Below are positions 9,239-19,222 of a stretch of DNA of 64,000 nucleotides, piece by piece. The notes beneath the pieces were generated by a model, which saw nothing but the letters and a program-made list of their open reading frames with translations, was not told the DNA's origin and made no database searches. Position 1 is the first letter of the stretch. Each line of letters opens with the position of its first letter. Source of the stretch: Candidatus Sumerlaeia bacterium. GTDB taxonomy: Bacteria; Sumerlaeota; Sumerlaeia; MVZB01. The DNA lies in the NCBI GenBank assembly GCA_963580245.1, contig CAUZJO010000001.1:533-64532 (forward strand), in the 5' to 3' direction. The translations under genes were made by a program, and so were the position numbers.

Positions 9239-10486
9239 CTAATCGCCGGGTCGTAGGATGGCGATCGTCGGCTCGCGCCACCACTGGTGGGCGGCTTCGC
9301 GGATCTGGGGGGCGGTGACGGCGCGCAGGCGGTCTGGATACGCCGCGCCCAGGGCGGCATAGCCGGCGGCATCCTCCCACCAGGCAAGGTGGCCGACGCG
9401 CTGGGCGACCGACTGCCGACCCATGACGTACTTGCCCAGGATGTATTCGCGCGCCCGGTTCAGCTCATCCTCGGTCAGCAGGTCGCGCCGGATGGCTTCG
9501 GCCTCTTCGAGCAGTCCCTCGCGCGCCTCTTCAATCCTTTCGGGCTGCGTTCCGATGTAAAGCAACTGATGGCCGCCCAGGCGATAGGGCCGCAACGAAG
9601 CACCCAGCGCGTAGGCGAGGCTGCGGCGGTCGCGCAGGTTGCTGAACATGCGACCGGCGAAACCCTCGCCCAGGGCGGCCGAAGCCAGCCGCAACGCCGG
9701 GTACTGAGCGTCGGTGATCGGGGGCGCGCGGTAGCCCACGACGACGAATCCCTGGCTGAGACCCGGCTTGGCGAGGTCCAGCAAGGGTTCGGACCGGGGG
9801 CCGGGAGGAACCGCGATTCGCCCACGGAGCGCGCCAGAGGACGCCCAGCCGTCGGTCAGCCGCTCCAGCAACCCGCGCCAGGCTTCCACGTCCAGGTCAC
9901 CCACGGCCACCAGCAGGATCGACCCGGGTCCGATGGCCTCGGCGTGCCAGCGACGGCAGGCTTCGGGCGTGATGGCCTCGACGTCGGCCTGCTCGCCCTC
10001 GGTCTGATGCCCGTAGCCGTGGCCCGCGAACATGGCCTTCAAGTATTCGCGATAGGTGAACCCGAACTTCTCATCTTCCTGCATGCGCAGGTCGGCCAGC
10101 ACTTCCTGGCGATTGATTTCGTGTTCGCGAGGATCAAAGGCCGGCTGGCGAAGGGCCTCGAACATGATTTCGAGCGCCTGAGCGGCCTCGCCGGCCCCCG
10201 ACCGCAAACCCAGCGAACAGGCGTCTTTGCCGTCGCCCTCCGAGGCGATCGCGCCGATCGATTCGAGATCGAACGCCAGTTGCTCGGAGCCGCGGCGGGT
10301 CGTCCCGCGCATCAGCATCGACGTGGTAAACGAAGCCAGGCCATGCTCCCCATCGCTTTCATCAGCCGAACCGCGATGAATCATCGCCGCCACCGCCACC
10401 AGCCCCAGACCCGGACGGGGGGCGAGCAGAACGTCCATGCCGTTGATCTTGCTCCGTTCAAAAATGAGGTCTTGGGTCATCGTCAC
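9239..10486 (-). CDS. M16 family peptidase, non-catalytic-type subunit
   Basis: GSADE...GLASFTTSMLMRGT (HxxEH absent); GRMFSNLRDRRSLAY. Confidence 0.85.
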   Translation of the reverse strand: MTMTQDLIFERSKINGMDVLLAPRPGLGLVAVAAMIHRGSADESDGEHGLASFTTSMLMRGTTRRGSEQLAFDLESIGAIASEGDGKDACSLGLRSGAGEAAQALEIMFEALRQPAFDPREHEINRQEVLADLRMQEDEKFGFTYREYLKAMFAGHGYGHQTEGEQADVEAITPEACRRWHAEAIGPGSILLVAVGDLDVEAWRGLLERLTDGWASSGALRGRIAVPPGPRSEPLLDLAKPGLSQGFVVVGYRAPPITDAQYPALRLASAALGEGFAGRMFSNLRDRRSLAYALGASLRPYRLGGHQLLYIGTQPERIEEAREGLLEEAEAIRRDLLTEDELNRAREYILGKYVMGRQSVAQRVGHLAWWEDAAGYAALGAAYPDRLRAVTAPQIREAAHQWWREPTIAILRPGD

Positions 10487-10673
10487 GGCGGGCCGCTTTC
10501 ATCGTGGTGGTTGATCTGATCGGGCACCTCGGCGCGCCCGACGACACTCTCCGGTTCAACGCCGAAGAGTTCAAGTGCTTATCCCGCGAGGATTCCGTTA
10601 GATGCGGGGCAGGGACTCAAAGCGTTACATCCAACAAAGTGACGGTCTCCAAGCAAGTTAGTGGTTTTGGCCC

Positions 10674-12143
10674 TCAAGCGCGGGCCGCCTCGCTCGCGTG
10701 TTGCGCCAGACCCGTCAGTTGCTCGCGCAGCCTGACAACTTCCCCGATGACGATGACCGCGGGCGGCTCGACGCGCTCCAGACCCACGCCCGTCGCCATT
10801 TCGGCGAGCGAGCTGATCGTGATTTGCTCGTCGGGGAGCGTGGCGTTGTGGATCACGGCGACCGGCTGGTCCGGGGGCCGGCCGGCCTCGACCAGCTTCT
10901 GGGCGATCGCCTGATTTTGTTGCACGGCCATGTAGATCACGATGGTATCAACCGCCCGCGCCAACGCCGCCCAGTCCGCCCCCCGGTGCCGGCGGCCGCC
11001 GGTGCCGCAGCCGGTCACGAACGCGACACTCGAAGCCAGGTCGCGATGCGTGATCGGGATGCCGGCCGAAGCCGCCGCCGCCAAACCCGACGTGACGCCG
11101 GGTATGATCCGGATGGGGATGCCCTTCTCGCGCGCGGCCTGGACCTCTTCGCCTCCGCGGCCGAACAGAAGCGGATCGCCCCCCTTGAGACGCACCACCC
11201 GCCGACCCCTTAACGCCTGGTCCACGATGTAGTCGTTGATCCGAGCCTGTTGGACGTGATGGCCGCGGCCGGGTTCCTTGCCCATGTAGAGGTGCTCGGC
11301 GCGGGGGGCATGGGCCAGCAAGTCGGTGTTGACCAACCGGTCATAGACGACCACCTCGGCGCGGCGCAGGGCCTTGAGTCCGGCCAGGGTGATCAGATCG
11401 GGCTGGCCCGGACCCGCGCCCACCAGCGTGATGCAACCCGTCGCGGCGTCCCTGGGGCTTGCGATTCGGCCCTCGGGCTCTGCAGCGGAGAGCGGAACGG
11501 GCCTCCTCTCTCTCGCGGCCGCCTCCCCCAGCTCCCCAACGAGGCCTTCCATGCGTTGCTCGAGCCCGGTTGGCCGGCCGTGGCTTGCGCGGAACGCCAT
11601 GTACGAAAGGCACTCGTTGGCCGCCCGGCGGGCGCCGGGGCAGACCAGTGCGCGACGCGTCCGCCCGCGCAGTTCCCTCAGCAGTTCAAGCGTCTGCCCG
11701 AAATCCCGCTCATAGCGCGCCTCCAAGTCGGTCCGCAGCAGACGGGCCAGCGCGGGGCCGGCGCCGGCCGTCGAGACCGATATCGCCAGATCGCCCCGCC
11801 GCAGGATCGAGGGAAAAATGAACTGGCAGTAGGCCGGATCGTCCACCACGTTGACGAGCACGCCGCGCTCGGTCGCGAGATCATGGATGCGGTGGTTGAG
11901 CTGGGCGTCGTTGGTGGCGGCGATCGCCAGAAGCATCCCGTCCAGGTCCGCCGGCTCAAAGCCGCGCGCGCGCGGCGTGACGCCGGGCTCGGCGGTGATC
12001 TGGGGATGGATATTGGGGGCGACCACCACCGTCTGGGCACCAGCGGCACTCAGGACACGGACTTTCTGCAAAGCCACGTTGCCGCCACCGACCACCAGAC
12101 AGCGGCCGCCCTCAAGTCTAAAGTTGATGGGTAAATAGTTCAT
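10674..12143 (-). CDS. cysG: Siroheme synthase CysG (dehydrogenase/ferrochelatase + uroporphyrinogen-III methyltransferase)
   Basis: YLPI..LVVGGGNVA, NVVDDPAYCQFIFP; LVGAGPGQPDLITL, VRLKGGDPLLFGRGGEE. Confidence 0.92.
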   Translation of the reverse strand: MNYLPINFRLEGGRCLVVGGGNVALQKVRVLSAAGAQTVVVAPNIHPQITAEPGVTPRARGFEPADLDGMLLAIAATNDAQLNHRIHDLATERGVLVNVVDDPAYCQFIFPSILRRGDLAISVSTAGAGPALARLLRTDLEARYERDFGQTLELLRELRGRTRRALVCPGARRAANECLSYMAFRASHGRPTGLEQRMEGLVGELGEAAARERRPVPLSAAEPEGRIASPRDAATGCITLVGAGPGQPDLITLAGLKALRRAEVVVYDRLVNTDLLAHAPRAEHLYMGKEPGRGHHVQQARINDYIVDQALRGRRVVRLKGGDPLLFGRGGEEVQAAREKGIPIRIIPGVTSGLAAAASAGIPITHRDLASSVAFVTGCGTGGRRHRGADWAALARAVDTIVIYMAVQQNQAIAQKLVEAGRPPDQPVAVIHNATLPDEQITISSLAEMATGVGLERVEPPAVIVIGEVVRLREQLTGLAQHASEAARA

Positions 12144-12153
12144 TTTTTCACAA
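12136..12153 (-). promoter_or_regulatory. Putative Rex operator overlapping the cysG start codon
   Basis: TTGTGAAAAAATGAACTA versus Rex consensus TTGTGAA-N4-TTCACAA (3 mismatches in the right arm). Confidence 0.4.
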
Positions 12154-12269
12154 AGCCGGACGCGCCCACCGGTGAAACCTGCCAAACGACCTCCCGGAAC
12201 AAACCGAAACCATCGAAAACAGGTCCTGAGACGCGCGTAAGCACCCGGTCCAGGTCTGGAGGCGTGCCG

Positions 12270-12716
12270 CTAGATCTCATAATTGGGAAAGTACTTACCG
12301 CGCCAAGCCTGGTCACGCTCGACCAACGCGGCCAGGGTCGTGGCGTCAAAGACCTCGAAGACAGATCGCCGCGCCTCCTCCCAAATCGGCGAGAAGAAGT
12401 CGGGGTCTGCCCGAGCGCCTTCGCCGTCCTGGGGAGCTTTGGTCTCCTCATCGGGCCGGTGCCCATCGATAAAACGCACCACATCACCCACCCTGACCTC
12501 TCTGGGCGCGAGCACCAAGCGGTAACCCCCTTCGGTCCCGCGGCGCGATTCCACGAACCCCCCTTGCTTGAGCTGGCTGAGAATGACCTCGAGGAACCGG
12601 TACGGGATGGCCTGTCTATCTGCGATCTGCGCGATCTTGATCGGCTTCCGGCTGCCCTGGCGCGCCAGCTCGAACAAGGCGCGTAGCGCGTATTGACATT
12701 TTTGGGTTACCAACAT
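12270..12716 (-). CDS. Rrf2 family transcriptional regulator (CymR-like, no Fe-S cysteine triad)
   Basis: TQKCQYALRALFELA, IPYRFLEVILSQLK, SRRGTEGGYRL, ends YEI. Confidence 0.9.
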   Translation of the reverse strand: MLVTQKCQYALRALFELARQGSRKPIKIAQIADRQAIPYRFLEVILSQLKQGGFVESRRGTEGGYRLVLAPREVRVGDVVRFIDGHRPDEETKAPQDGEGARADPDFFSPIWEEARRSVFEVFDATTLAALVERDQAWRGKYFPNYEI

Positions 12717-12736
12717 CGACCCTGGTCCTTCTCGAT

Positions 12737-12760
12737 CATTCCGATCAACAAGGTACAATG
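12737..12760. promoter_or_regulatory. Possible Rrf2 autoregulatory operator
   Basis: Imperfect AT-rich palindrome CATTCCGATCAACAAGGTACAATG 20 nt upstream of the ATG. Confidence 0.3.
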
Positions 12761-13020
12761 CTTCTGCTCGCCGAACAAGGGTATTCTTGATCCGCTCGAC
12801 GGCGCGCCCGGGTTCTCTTTGCGGCCCAGACGTGGACTGATGGGCCTTGGTCTAAGCCTCTGGCCCCCAGCATCCGACAAGAAACGATGGGACTTCACGT
12901 ACCCTGGTGGGCGTCGTGGCGCGCGCATCGCGACGCCGGCATCCCGCGCACTCATATATCCGTTCAATACCCGAAGACCGGGAACCGCCGCGGGTCGTGA
13001 AGAGGGTGGATGGCCAAAGC

Positions 13021-15216
13021 ATGATAGGACTTAAACGAAACAACCAAAAACTAACCAAGTGGCTGGTGCGTGACGGTCACCTCTCGCGCCAGCAGGGGCG
13101 CCTCGCGGTTAAATTGGCCGCCGAGAGTGGCCGCTCGTTGTGTCAGGAGTTGGTCCATAACGACCTGATCGGAGAAGAGGAGCTGTTCACCTATCTGGCC
13201 GAGCGGCTCGGTCTGCCCACCGTGGACAGGAGCTCGCTCAGCGTCGATGTGCAGACGCTTGAGTCGGTGCCCGTCGAGCTGCGCTATCGCCGCGACATCC
13301 TTCCGCTCAAAAAGGTCGGCGGATCGCTCTCCATCGCGATAGCCGACCCCACCGACCGCGCGACGCTGGATGCCCTGGCCGAGGAGACGGGCCTGCACAT
13401 CCGCCCGGTCCTGGCCGCCTTGCCGGCCCTGAACAACGCCCACGAGCGCCTGGAGGGGTTGGACAACCTGCGCAAGATCGCCGAGGACAGCGAGCTGTTC
13501 AAGTGCTATGTATCGTTCTTCGAGACGCTGACCGAGTATCGCTTCGAGAAGGTGGTCGGGCAAGGCGGCTTCGGCGTGGTCTGCTTGTGCTGGCAGGCCT
13601 CGCAGGAACGCCACGTGGCCATCAAGGTGCTCAATCCGGAATGGAACGCCGTGACGCAGGTCGCCGAACGGTTCCGGCGCGAAGGGGGCATCATCTCCCA
13701 ACTGGACCATCCCAGCATCATCGAAGTCTTCGAGCAGGGCGAACTGGACGGCATCGGGTACATCGTGATGGAATACTTCGAGGGCCGCCGCCTCGATGAA
13801 CACCTCGCGGAGCGCGACTGGGGGCGCGTCCTCTCGGCCTTGCTTCAGGTCTGCCACGCGCTGGACTACGCGCACCAAAAGGGCGTCATCCATCGCGATA
13901 TCAAGCCGGCCAACGTCTTGGGAAACGAATTGGGGGCCGTCAAGCTGCTGGATTTCGGGGTGGCCCACTATGACGCCCAACCCAGCGGGCTGACCACCCC
14001 ACAGGTGATCCTGGGGACGCCCAAGTACATGGCGCCCGAACTGCACTGGGGCGCCGACAAGACCAGCAACGCCTCCGATCTCTACGCGTTCGGCGTGATG
14101 GCCTATGAAGTCCTGACCAAGAAGTCCTGCGAGCAAGGTCAGATTTCGCATCCCGCAATGGCTCGGGACGGCGATCCTGCGTTGCCTGCACCCTAAACCG
14201 GCCCAGCGGCCAATTTCCTTCACCGAAGTAGGCGAGTTGTTTCAGCGGGTGCTCGGCGCATGGCCTTCGGTGAAACCACCGAAGGCCATGCGCCGAGCGA
14301 GGCGCCCAAAGGCCGTGTCGAATCGATCGATCAGATTTTCGAGATCCAGACAATCCTGCGCAAGTCCGAGGAGGGCCACACCCTGCGGGCGCTACACAAG
14401 AAGCTGGATCGGCTGATGGTCCTTAAGATCATCAAACGGCCGGGTGGGATCCGTCGGCTTCAAGATATTGCCAACCTCAAGTCGGTTGAGATTGGTGAGA
14501 TTCTCGGGATCGGCAAGCAAGGCGACACGGTCCTGGTGGTCGGCGAGCATCTGGACGGGGGATCGGTCGAATCGTTGCTGGAGACCGAGTTGTCGCCCAT
14601 CAAGGTGATCGACATCTTGGAGGCCGTCATCCAGGCCATGGGTCACGCCGAAAGCACCGGCCTGACCCATGGCAACTTGCACCCCGGCAACGTCTTGCTC
14701 ACCAAGGCCGGGGTGGTCAAGGTGGTCGATTTCGGGATGCCGCGCTCGCGCGAGGACTTCGCCGCGCATTACCGACCCAAAGGGATCGCCGACGCGCATC
14801 AGGTCGACCGTCACGCGCTGGGGGTGATGGCCTACGAGATCATGTCGGGGACCCTCTATGAGTCGCGCCGTCCGCGACGCAATCAGTTCGAGGAGCTCGC
14901 CGCCGAGCAGCGCGTCCATCCGTTGCTCAAATACTTCCTGGGCCGGATGTGGCGGATCAAAGAGCAGGATCCGCCCTATGAAGGCTTTCGCGACATGTGG
15001 GGCGCATCCGCCGCCGCATGGCCGAGCGCCCCGATTGGGACGCCGAGCCGGGCACGGCGCCTCCGACGACCCGCGCCGACCAGACCCGGGGAAGCTGGAC
15101 GTTTTTCAGTCGGATGTTCCGGCGCGGCGCCCAAACCTAGCGACGCGGTTCTCCGGATGGCCCTTGGCGCTCGTCCTGGTGATCGTTATGGGCCTTATCA
15201 TTGCGTGCGAACTTGA
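13021..15216 (+). CDS. PilB/GspE N-terminal (MshEN/T2SSE_N-like) domain + Ser/Thr kinase + second degenerate kinase domain; frameshifts near 14160-14260 and possibly ~15000
   Basis: LAERLGLP...ILPLKKVGGSLSIAIADP; GQGGFG, VAIK, HRDIKPAN, DFG, GTPKYMAPE. The alternative frame continues ILRCLHPKPAQRP. Second domain HGNLHPGNVLL...DFG. Confidence 0.75.
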
Positions 15217-15323
15217 TTGTGAGCCGAGAAAAAGACCGATCTCGGTTACGAGTGACGAGGACGAGAGCCGAACCGGAGGACCGCGACGGCCCAAAGGGGA
15301 ATCTTCTGGACCCTGGGCCAAAA

Positions 15324-15341
15324 CTGTGAAAAAAGTGTCAG
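15324..15341 (+). promoter_or_regulatory. Possible Rex autoregulatory operator
   Basis: CTGTGAAAAAAGTGTCAG: good left half-site, degenerate right half, ~60 nt upstream of rex. Confidence 0.3.
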
Positions 15342-15402
15342 GAGGCTGATTGGATCAAACGGTTCAGGATCGGCTGACCAATAGCGATAAGGTGTTTTAC
15401 GG

Positions 15403-16077
15403 ATGTCAACGGATATCACCGCCGAACTAGGCGAGTTGACGGCCCATCGCGAAGGCCAGGAATTGAAGATCCCCAAGGCGGTCGTCAAACGGCTGTCGCT
15501 CTATTCGCGGGTGCTGCAAAAATTCTCGATCAGCGGCATTGACAAGGTCTCGAGCAAGGACCTGGGCGAGTCGCTGGGGTTGAATTCGGCCCAGGTGCGC
15601 AAGGACCTGGCCTACTTCGGCCAGTTTGGCGTGCCGGGCTTGGGCTACTACGTCGAGGAGCTGCGCACGCGCATTAAATCGATCCTGGGGACCGACCGAA
15701 CGGTCAGCCTGGCGCTGGTGGGAGTCGGGAACCTGGGACAGGCGCTGCTCAGCTACACGACCCAGTTCCAACGCGAGGGGTTCAAGCTGGTCGCCGCCTT
15801 CGACGCCGACAAACGCAAAGTGGGGGGAGAGAGGCTCGGGGCACCGATCTTCCACATTGATGAGATGGAACGGCATTTGAAAGACCTGGGGGTGGATATC
15901 GTCATTCTGGCGGTCCCCTCGGGCGTCGCCCAGGAGGTTGTGGACCGCGCCGTCAAGGCGGGGATCACGGCCATTCTGAATTTCGTGCCGGAGCGCCTGA
16001 TCACCCCCGAGGGGGTCAAGGTCCATTACGTCGACCTGTCTATCGAAATCGAAAGCCTGTCGTTTTATCTAAAATAA
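15403..16077 (+). CDS. rex: Redox-sensing transcriptional repressor Rex
   Basis: IPKAVVKRLSLYSR, QVRKDLAYFGQFG.PG.GY, GVGNLG, GITAILNF. Confidence 0.95.
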   Translation: MSTDITAELGELTAHREGQELKIPKAVVKRLSLYSRVLQKFSISGIDKVSSKDLGESLGLNSAQVRKDLAYFGQFGVPGLGYYVEELRTRIKSILGTDRTVSLALVGVGNLGQALLSYTTQFQREGFKLVAAFDADKRKVGGERLGAPIFHIDEMERHLKDLGVDIVILAVPSGVAQEVVDRAVKAGITAILNFVPERLITPEGVKVHYVDLSIEIESLSFYLK

Positions 16078-16323
16078 CCGTTCGCGGCCCGTAAAGGCCT
16101 TCTCAATGGGCCGGTGGGTTTTTCCCCAACTCGCGTAACCGTTCGGGCAACCAAGCCCCCAAGCATATATCCTGATTTTTCTGTTCAGTTTTTTGCATCA
16201 AGTCCCTAGGATGTCCCTCGGCTTTCAGAAACAGTCGGGCGGGAATCGGGGGGACCGGTCGGGGTCCGAGCCGAATACACCTCCGGAGGCGGACGTTCAA
16301 TCCATTAGGGGGGAGAAGGCGTA

Positions 16324-17136
16324 ATGCAATACGAAATCCGTGAAGTGAGTTTGGGCGGCATCCTCGATCAAGCCATCAAGTTGATGAAGGACCATTTCGC
16401 CCTGTTTTTCGTGATCGTCCTGATACTCTACGTCCCGTTCCTTGTTGTTCAAGAGTATCTCGGATATTCCATGGAAACTCAATTTTCCGGAATCGAGGCG
16501 CAGGGGGTTGATGATTCACGCGCCATCGAGGTCGTCCAGGAATCGTTCACCACCATCATTGTATTATCTGTAGTTCTCCTCTTGATATTTGTAATCGTCA
16601 TGCCGCTGACCAATGCCGCGATGATCTGGGCGGTGGCAAAAAAGTACCTGGGCGAAGCGACAAGCGCCGGTGATGCCATCGGCAAAGCTTTTCGTGTTTT
16701 GGTCCCGCTTGTCGTTACCAGCATTATCAAGAGCATCGTCGTCGGTATAGGATTTATATTCTTGATTATACCGGGAATCTATTTACTTTTTGCCTTTTAT
16801 TTATCCTCTCACGTGGTCGTGCTCGAAGGCGCGTGGGGATTCGCGGCACTTGGACGGAGTCATAAGTTGATGAAGGGAAACATGCTGACCGCGTTCGTGC
16901 TGGGTATCGTTTTACTGATCATCGCCCTCGTGATGATGTTTATTGCCGCCATCTTCCCGGCGGGAATCGTGCAGGTATTGGTCAGCGGGATCCTCCAAGG
17001 AGTCGCCGTGATCCTGGGGGCCGCCGCCGGCGTGGTTCTTTACTTTTCAGCCCGCTGCAAACATGAGAACTTTGATCTGACCATGCTGGCCAAGTCGGTT
17101 GGCCAGGAGGCCGGGGCCGCGCAAGCGCAAGACTGA
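16324..17136 (+). CDS. Integral membrane protein (GPDPase membrane-anchor-like), first gene of the MoxR cluster
   Basis: IREVSLGGILDQAIKL, LIIPGIYL, ALGRSHKLMKG, LYFSARCKHENFDL; about 6 TM helices. Confidence 0.7.
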   Translation: MQYEIREVSLGGILDQAIKLMKDHFALFFVIVLILYVPFLVVQEYLGYSMETQFSGIEAQGVDDSRAIEVVQESFTTIIVLSVVLLLIFVIVMPLTNAAMIWAVAKKYLGEATSAGDAIGKAFRVLVPLVVTSIIKSIVVGIGFIFLIIPGIYLLFAFYLSSHVVVLEGAWGFAALGRSHKLMKGNMLTAFVLGIVLLIIALVMMFIAAIFPAGIVQVLVSGILQGVAVILGAAAGVVLYFSARCKHENFDLTMLAKSVGQEAGAAQAQD

Positions 17137-17181
17137 TCCCGCGGACTGCGGCGACCGGAACCGAATCGAGACGTCACCGCC

Positions 17182-17862
17182 ATGGACTCCGCATCCGCCG
17201 CCTTGCCACTCCCGCCCTCCGAGACGATCCACCAGGTCGCCGGGGAGATCGTTTCGCGGCGTTATTACAAATTGGATTCACATGAGACCGACCCCAGCCA
17301 GTTTCTGGCCTGGTTGAAGGAAATCCTCGGCACCCTCGGGCCGCTCTTCAAGCCGGTCGGTGACATGTTCAAAGCCCTTGAAGACATCTCGCCGGCATTG
17401 GCCTGGACCCTCTTTATCGGCTTGGGCCTGGTGGCGGTCCTGATCATCGTCCATATCATCTACAGTTTCGTGGTCGCCGTGCGGGGGCCGAGACTTCGGG
17501 CCCTTCGCGAGGACGCGGACACGAGGAAATTTGATTTTCCCGAGACGTGGGAAGAGAAGGCCCACGAGGCCGCCGGCGCCGGGAAATTCACGTCGGCGGC
17601 CCGCTTCCTGCTGCGGGCCTGCCTGCTGCGCCTGAGCCAGACGCGCGACCGGCCGTACCGGCGCGGGGCCACCAACCGTGAATACCTGCGCCAGTTCCAC
17701 CAGACAAGGGCCTTCGAGCCCCTGCGCTCCATGGTCGAGGTGATCGATGAGGGCTGGTACGCCGGCGGGACCTGCACGGAGGTCGATTACCGATTGTGCG
17801 CGGCCGCGCACGAGAAAATCCGCCGCTGGGCAACCACGCCGACCGATGCTGACGCCACGTAA
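17182..17862 (+). CDS. DUF4129-domain membrane protein
   Basis: One TM, then A.G.F..A.R.L, GATNREYL, FEPL..DEGWYAG. Confidence 0.7.
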   Translation: MDSASAALPLPPSETIHQVAGEIVSRRYYKLDSHETDPSQFLAWLKEILGTLGPLFKPVGDMFKALEDISPALAWTLFIGLGLVAVLIIVHIIYSFVVAVRGPRLRALREDADTRKFDFPETWEEKAHEAAGAGKFTSAARFLLRACLLRLSQTRDRPYRRGATNREYLRQFHQTRAFEPLRSMVEVIDEGWYAGGTCTEVDYRLCAAAHEKIRRWATTPTDADAT

Positions 17863-19222
17863 CGCCATCATCACCGTCGTCACGCTTGCCGTCGTCTCGC
17901 TCCTGGTCTCGGTGATCCAGTTGACGCGGCCCCCCGACAGCGACGGGAAGGGCTGGGACTCGTACGGGACGCGGGCATTCGGCCAGCGGGCCCTGTTCGA
18001 GATCCTCGAAGAATTGGGCGTCCCGGTCTCACGCGGCTTGATGCCGCCCCTCGGCTACCTGGGGCCCGATGTCTGCATGGCGTTTCTCGATCCCGACCCC
18101 AACTTGGCTAATGCCGAGCCGGAGTATCTGCGCCGGGCCGCCGATTGGGTCGCCGAGGGCGGGACCGTCGTGCTGGCCGCCCCGGCCGCGGACTACGTCA
18201 GCCGACGCTCCATCATGGAGGGAATCTTCACCGAGCCGACCACCCAGACGACCGCGATGGAATTGCTGGGGCTCGAGGGAATCCGGATGGATTCGGTGGG
18301 CGAGCGCGAGGACCGGACCCCGGCGACGTCCGCGTCCAGCTCGGCCTGGCCCCCCCTCACGCGACCGCAGGGGCCATCCAAGCGTCCCGCGGACTGGACC
18401 GAGAAGTTACTGCCCGCCGTGATCAAGCCCGGCTCCAGCCAATCGCTACGTGTCCGGTGCGGGGGGTCGCTTGCCCATCTTTCAGGAAAAGTAACACGCC
18501 TGCGCGCGCCGGAGAAGGGTCTGCAAGTCATCGCCAAGGACGGCGCCACAAGTCCGACCGGCTGGGTCAAGGCCGAGACGGACGACGGCACCCTTACGGT
18601 GGCCGCCGTCTATCCGATCGATCGCGGCCGCGTGGTGGTCATCGCGGAACCCGAGTTACTGGCCAATCACCTGATCGCCAAGGACGACAACGCCGTCCTG
18701 GCGGCGCACCTGCTGGCCCTGGCCGGTCGGCCGGTGGTCGTCGACGAGTTCTACCACGGGCTTACCATTCGCGGGAATCCGACATGGCTGCTCACGCAAT
18801 TCCCTTACGCGCTGCTGGTGCTACTGGTAGTCTTGTTGGCGTCCATGTGGGCCTGGCACGGCTGGGTGCGGCTGGGACCGCCCGTCCCGGCGAAGGGGGC
18901 GAGTCGCCGTAGCGTGGTTGAGTATATCGCGGCGATGGCGACGCTATTCGGCGGCCGTCGCTGTCGCCAGTTCGTGCTCAAAGAACTGCGCGACGGGGGC
19001 CTGTGGGCCTTACGCCACAAACTGGGTCTGCCACCGGGGTGCGAAACGGTTGAGGTCCTGGCCAAGACGATCGCCCGGCGTGATCCGGAGCGCGCCGAAC
19101 GATTGCGCCGGGCGGTGGAAGGCCTCGACGCCGTGCTCCAGGAGTCGCGCCAGCCGGACAAGTCGACCGCCGTGCGCGCGGCCCGCCATCTCGATGATTG
19201 TGTGTATGAAAGACGCCGATGA
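17846..19222 (+). CDS. DUF4350-domain protein
   Basis: N-terminal TM, DSYGTRAFGQRAL, WVAEGGTVVL, GRVVVIAEPELLANHLI..DN, VVVDEFYHG, C-terminal TM + RLGP. Confidence 0.7.
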   Translation: MLTPRNAIITVVTLAVVSLLVSVIQLTRPPDSDGKGWDSYGTRAFGQRALFEILEELGVPVSRGLMPPLGYLGPDVCMAFLDPDPNLANAEPEYLRRAADWVAEGGTVVLAAPAADYVSRRSIMEGIFTEPTTQTTAMELLGLEGIRMDSVGEREDRTPATSASSSAWPPLTRPQGPSKRPADWTEKLLPAVIKPGSSQSLRVRCGGSLAHLSGKVTRLRAPEKGLQVIAKDGATSPTGWVKAETDDGTLTVAAVYPIDRGRVVVIAEPELLANHLIAKDDNAVLAAHLLALAGRPVVVDEFYHGLTIRGNPTWLLTQFPYALLVLLVVLLASMWAWHGWVRLGPPVPAKGASRRSVVEYIAAMATLFGGRRCRQFVLKELRDGGLWALRHKLGLPPGCETVEVLAKTIARRDPERAERLRRAVEGLDAVLQESRQPDKSTAVRAARHLDDCVYERRR

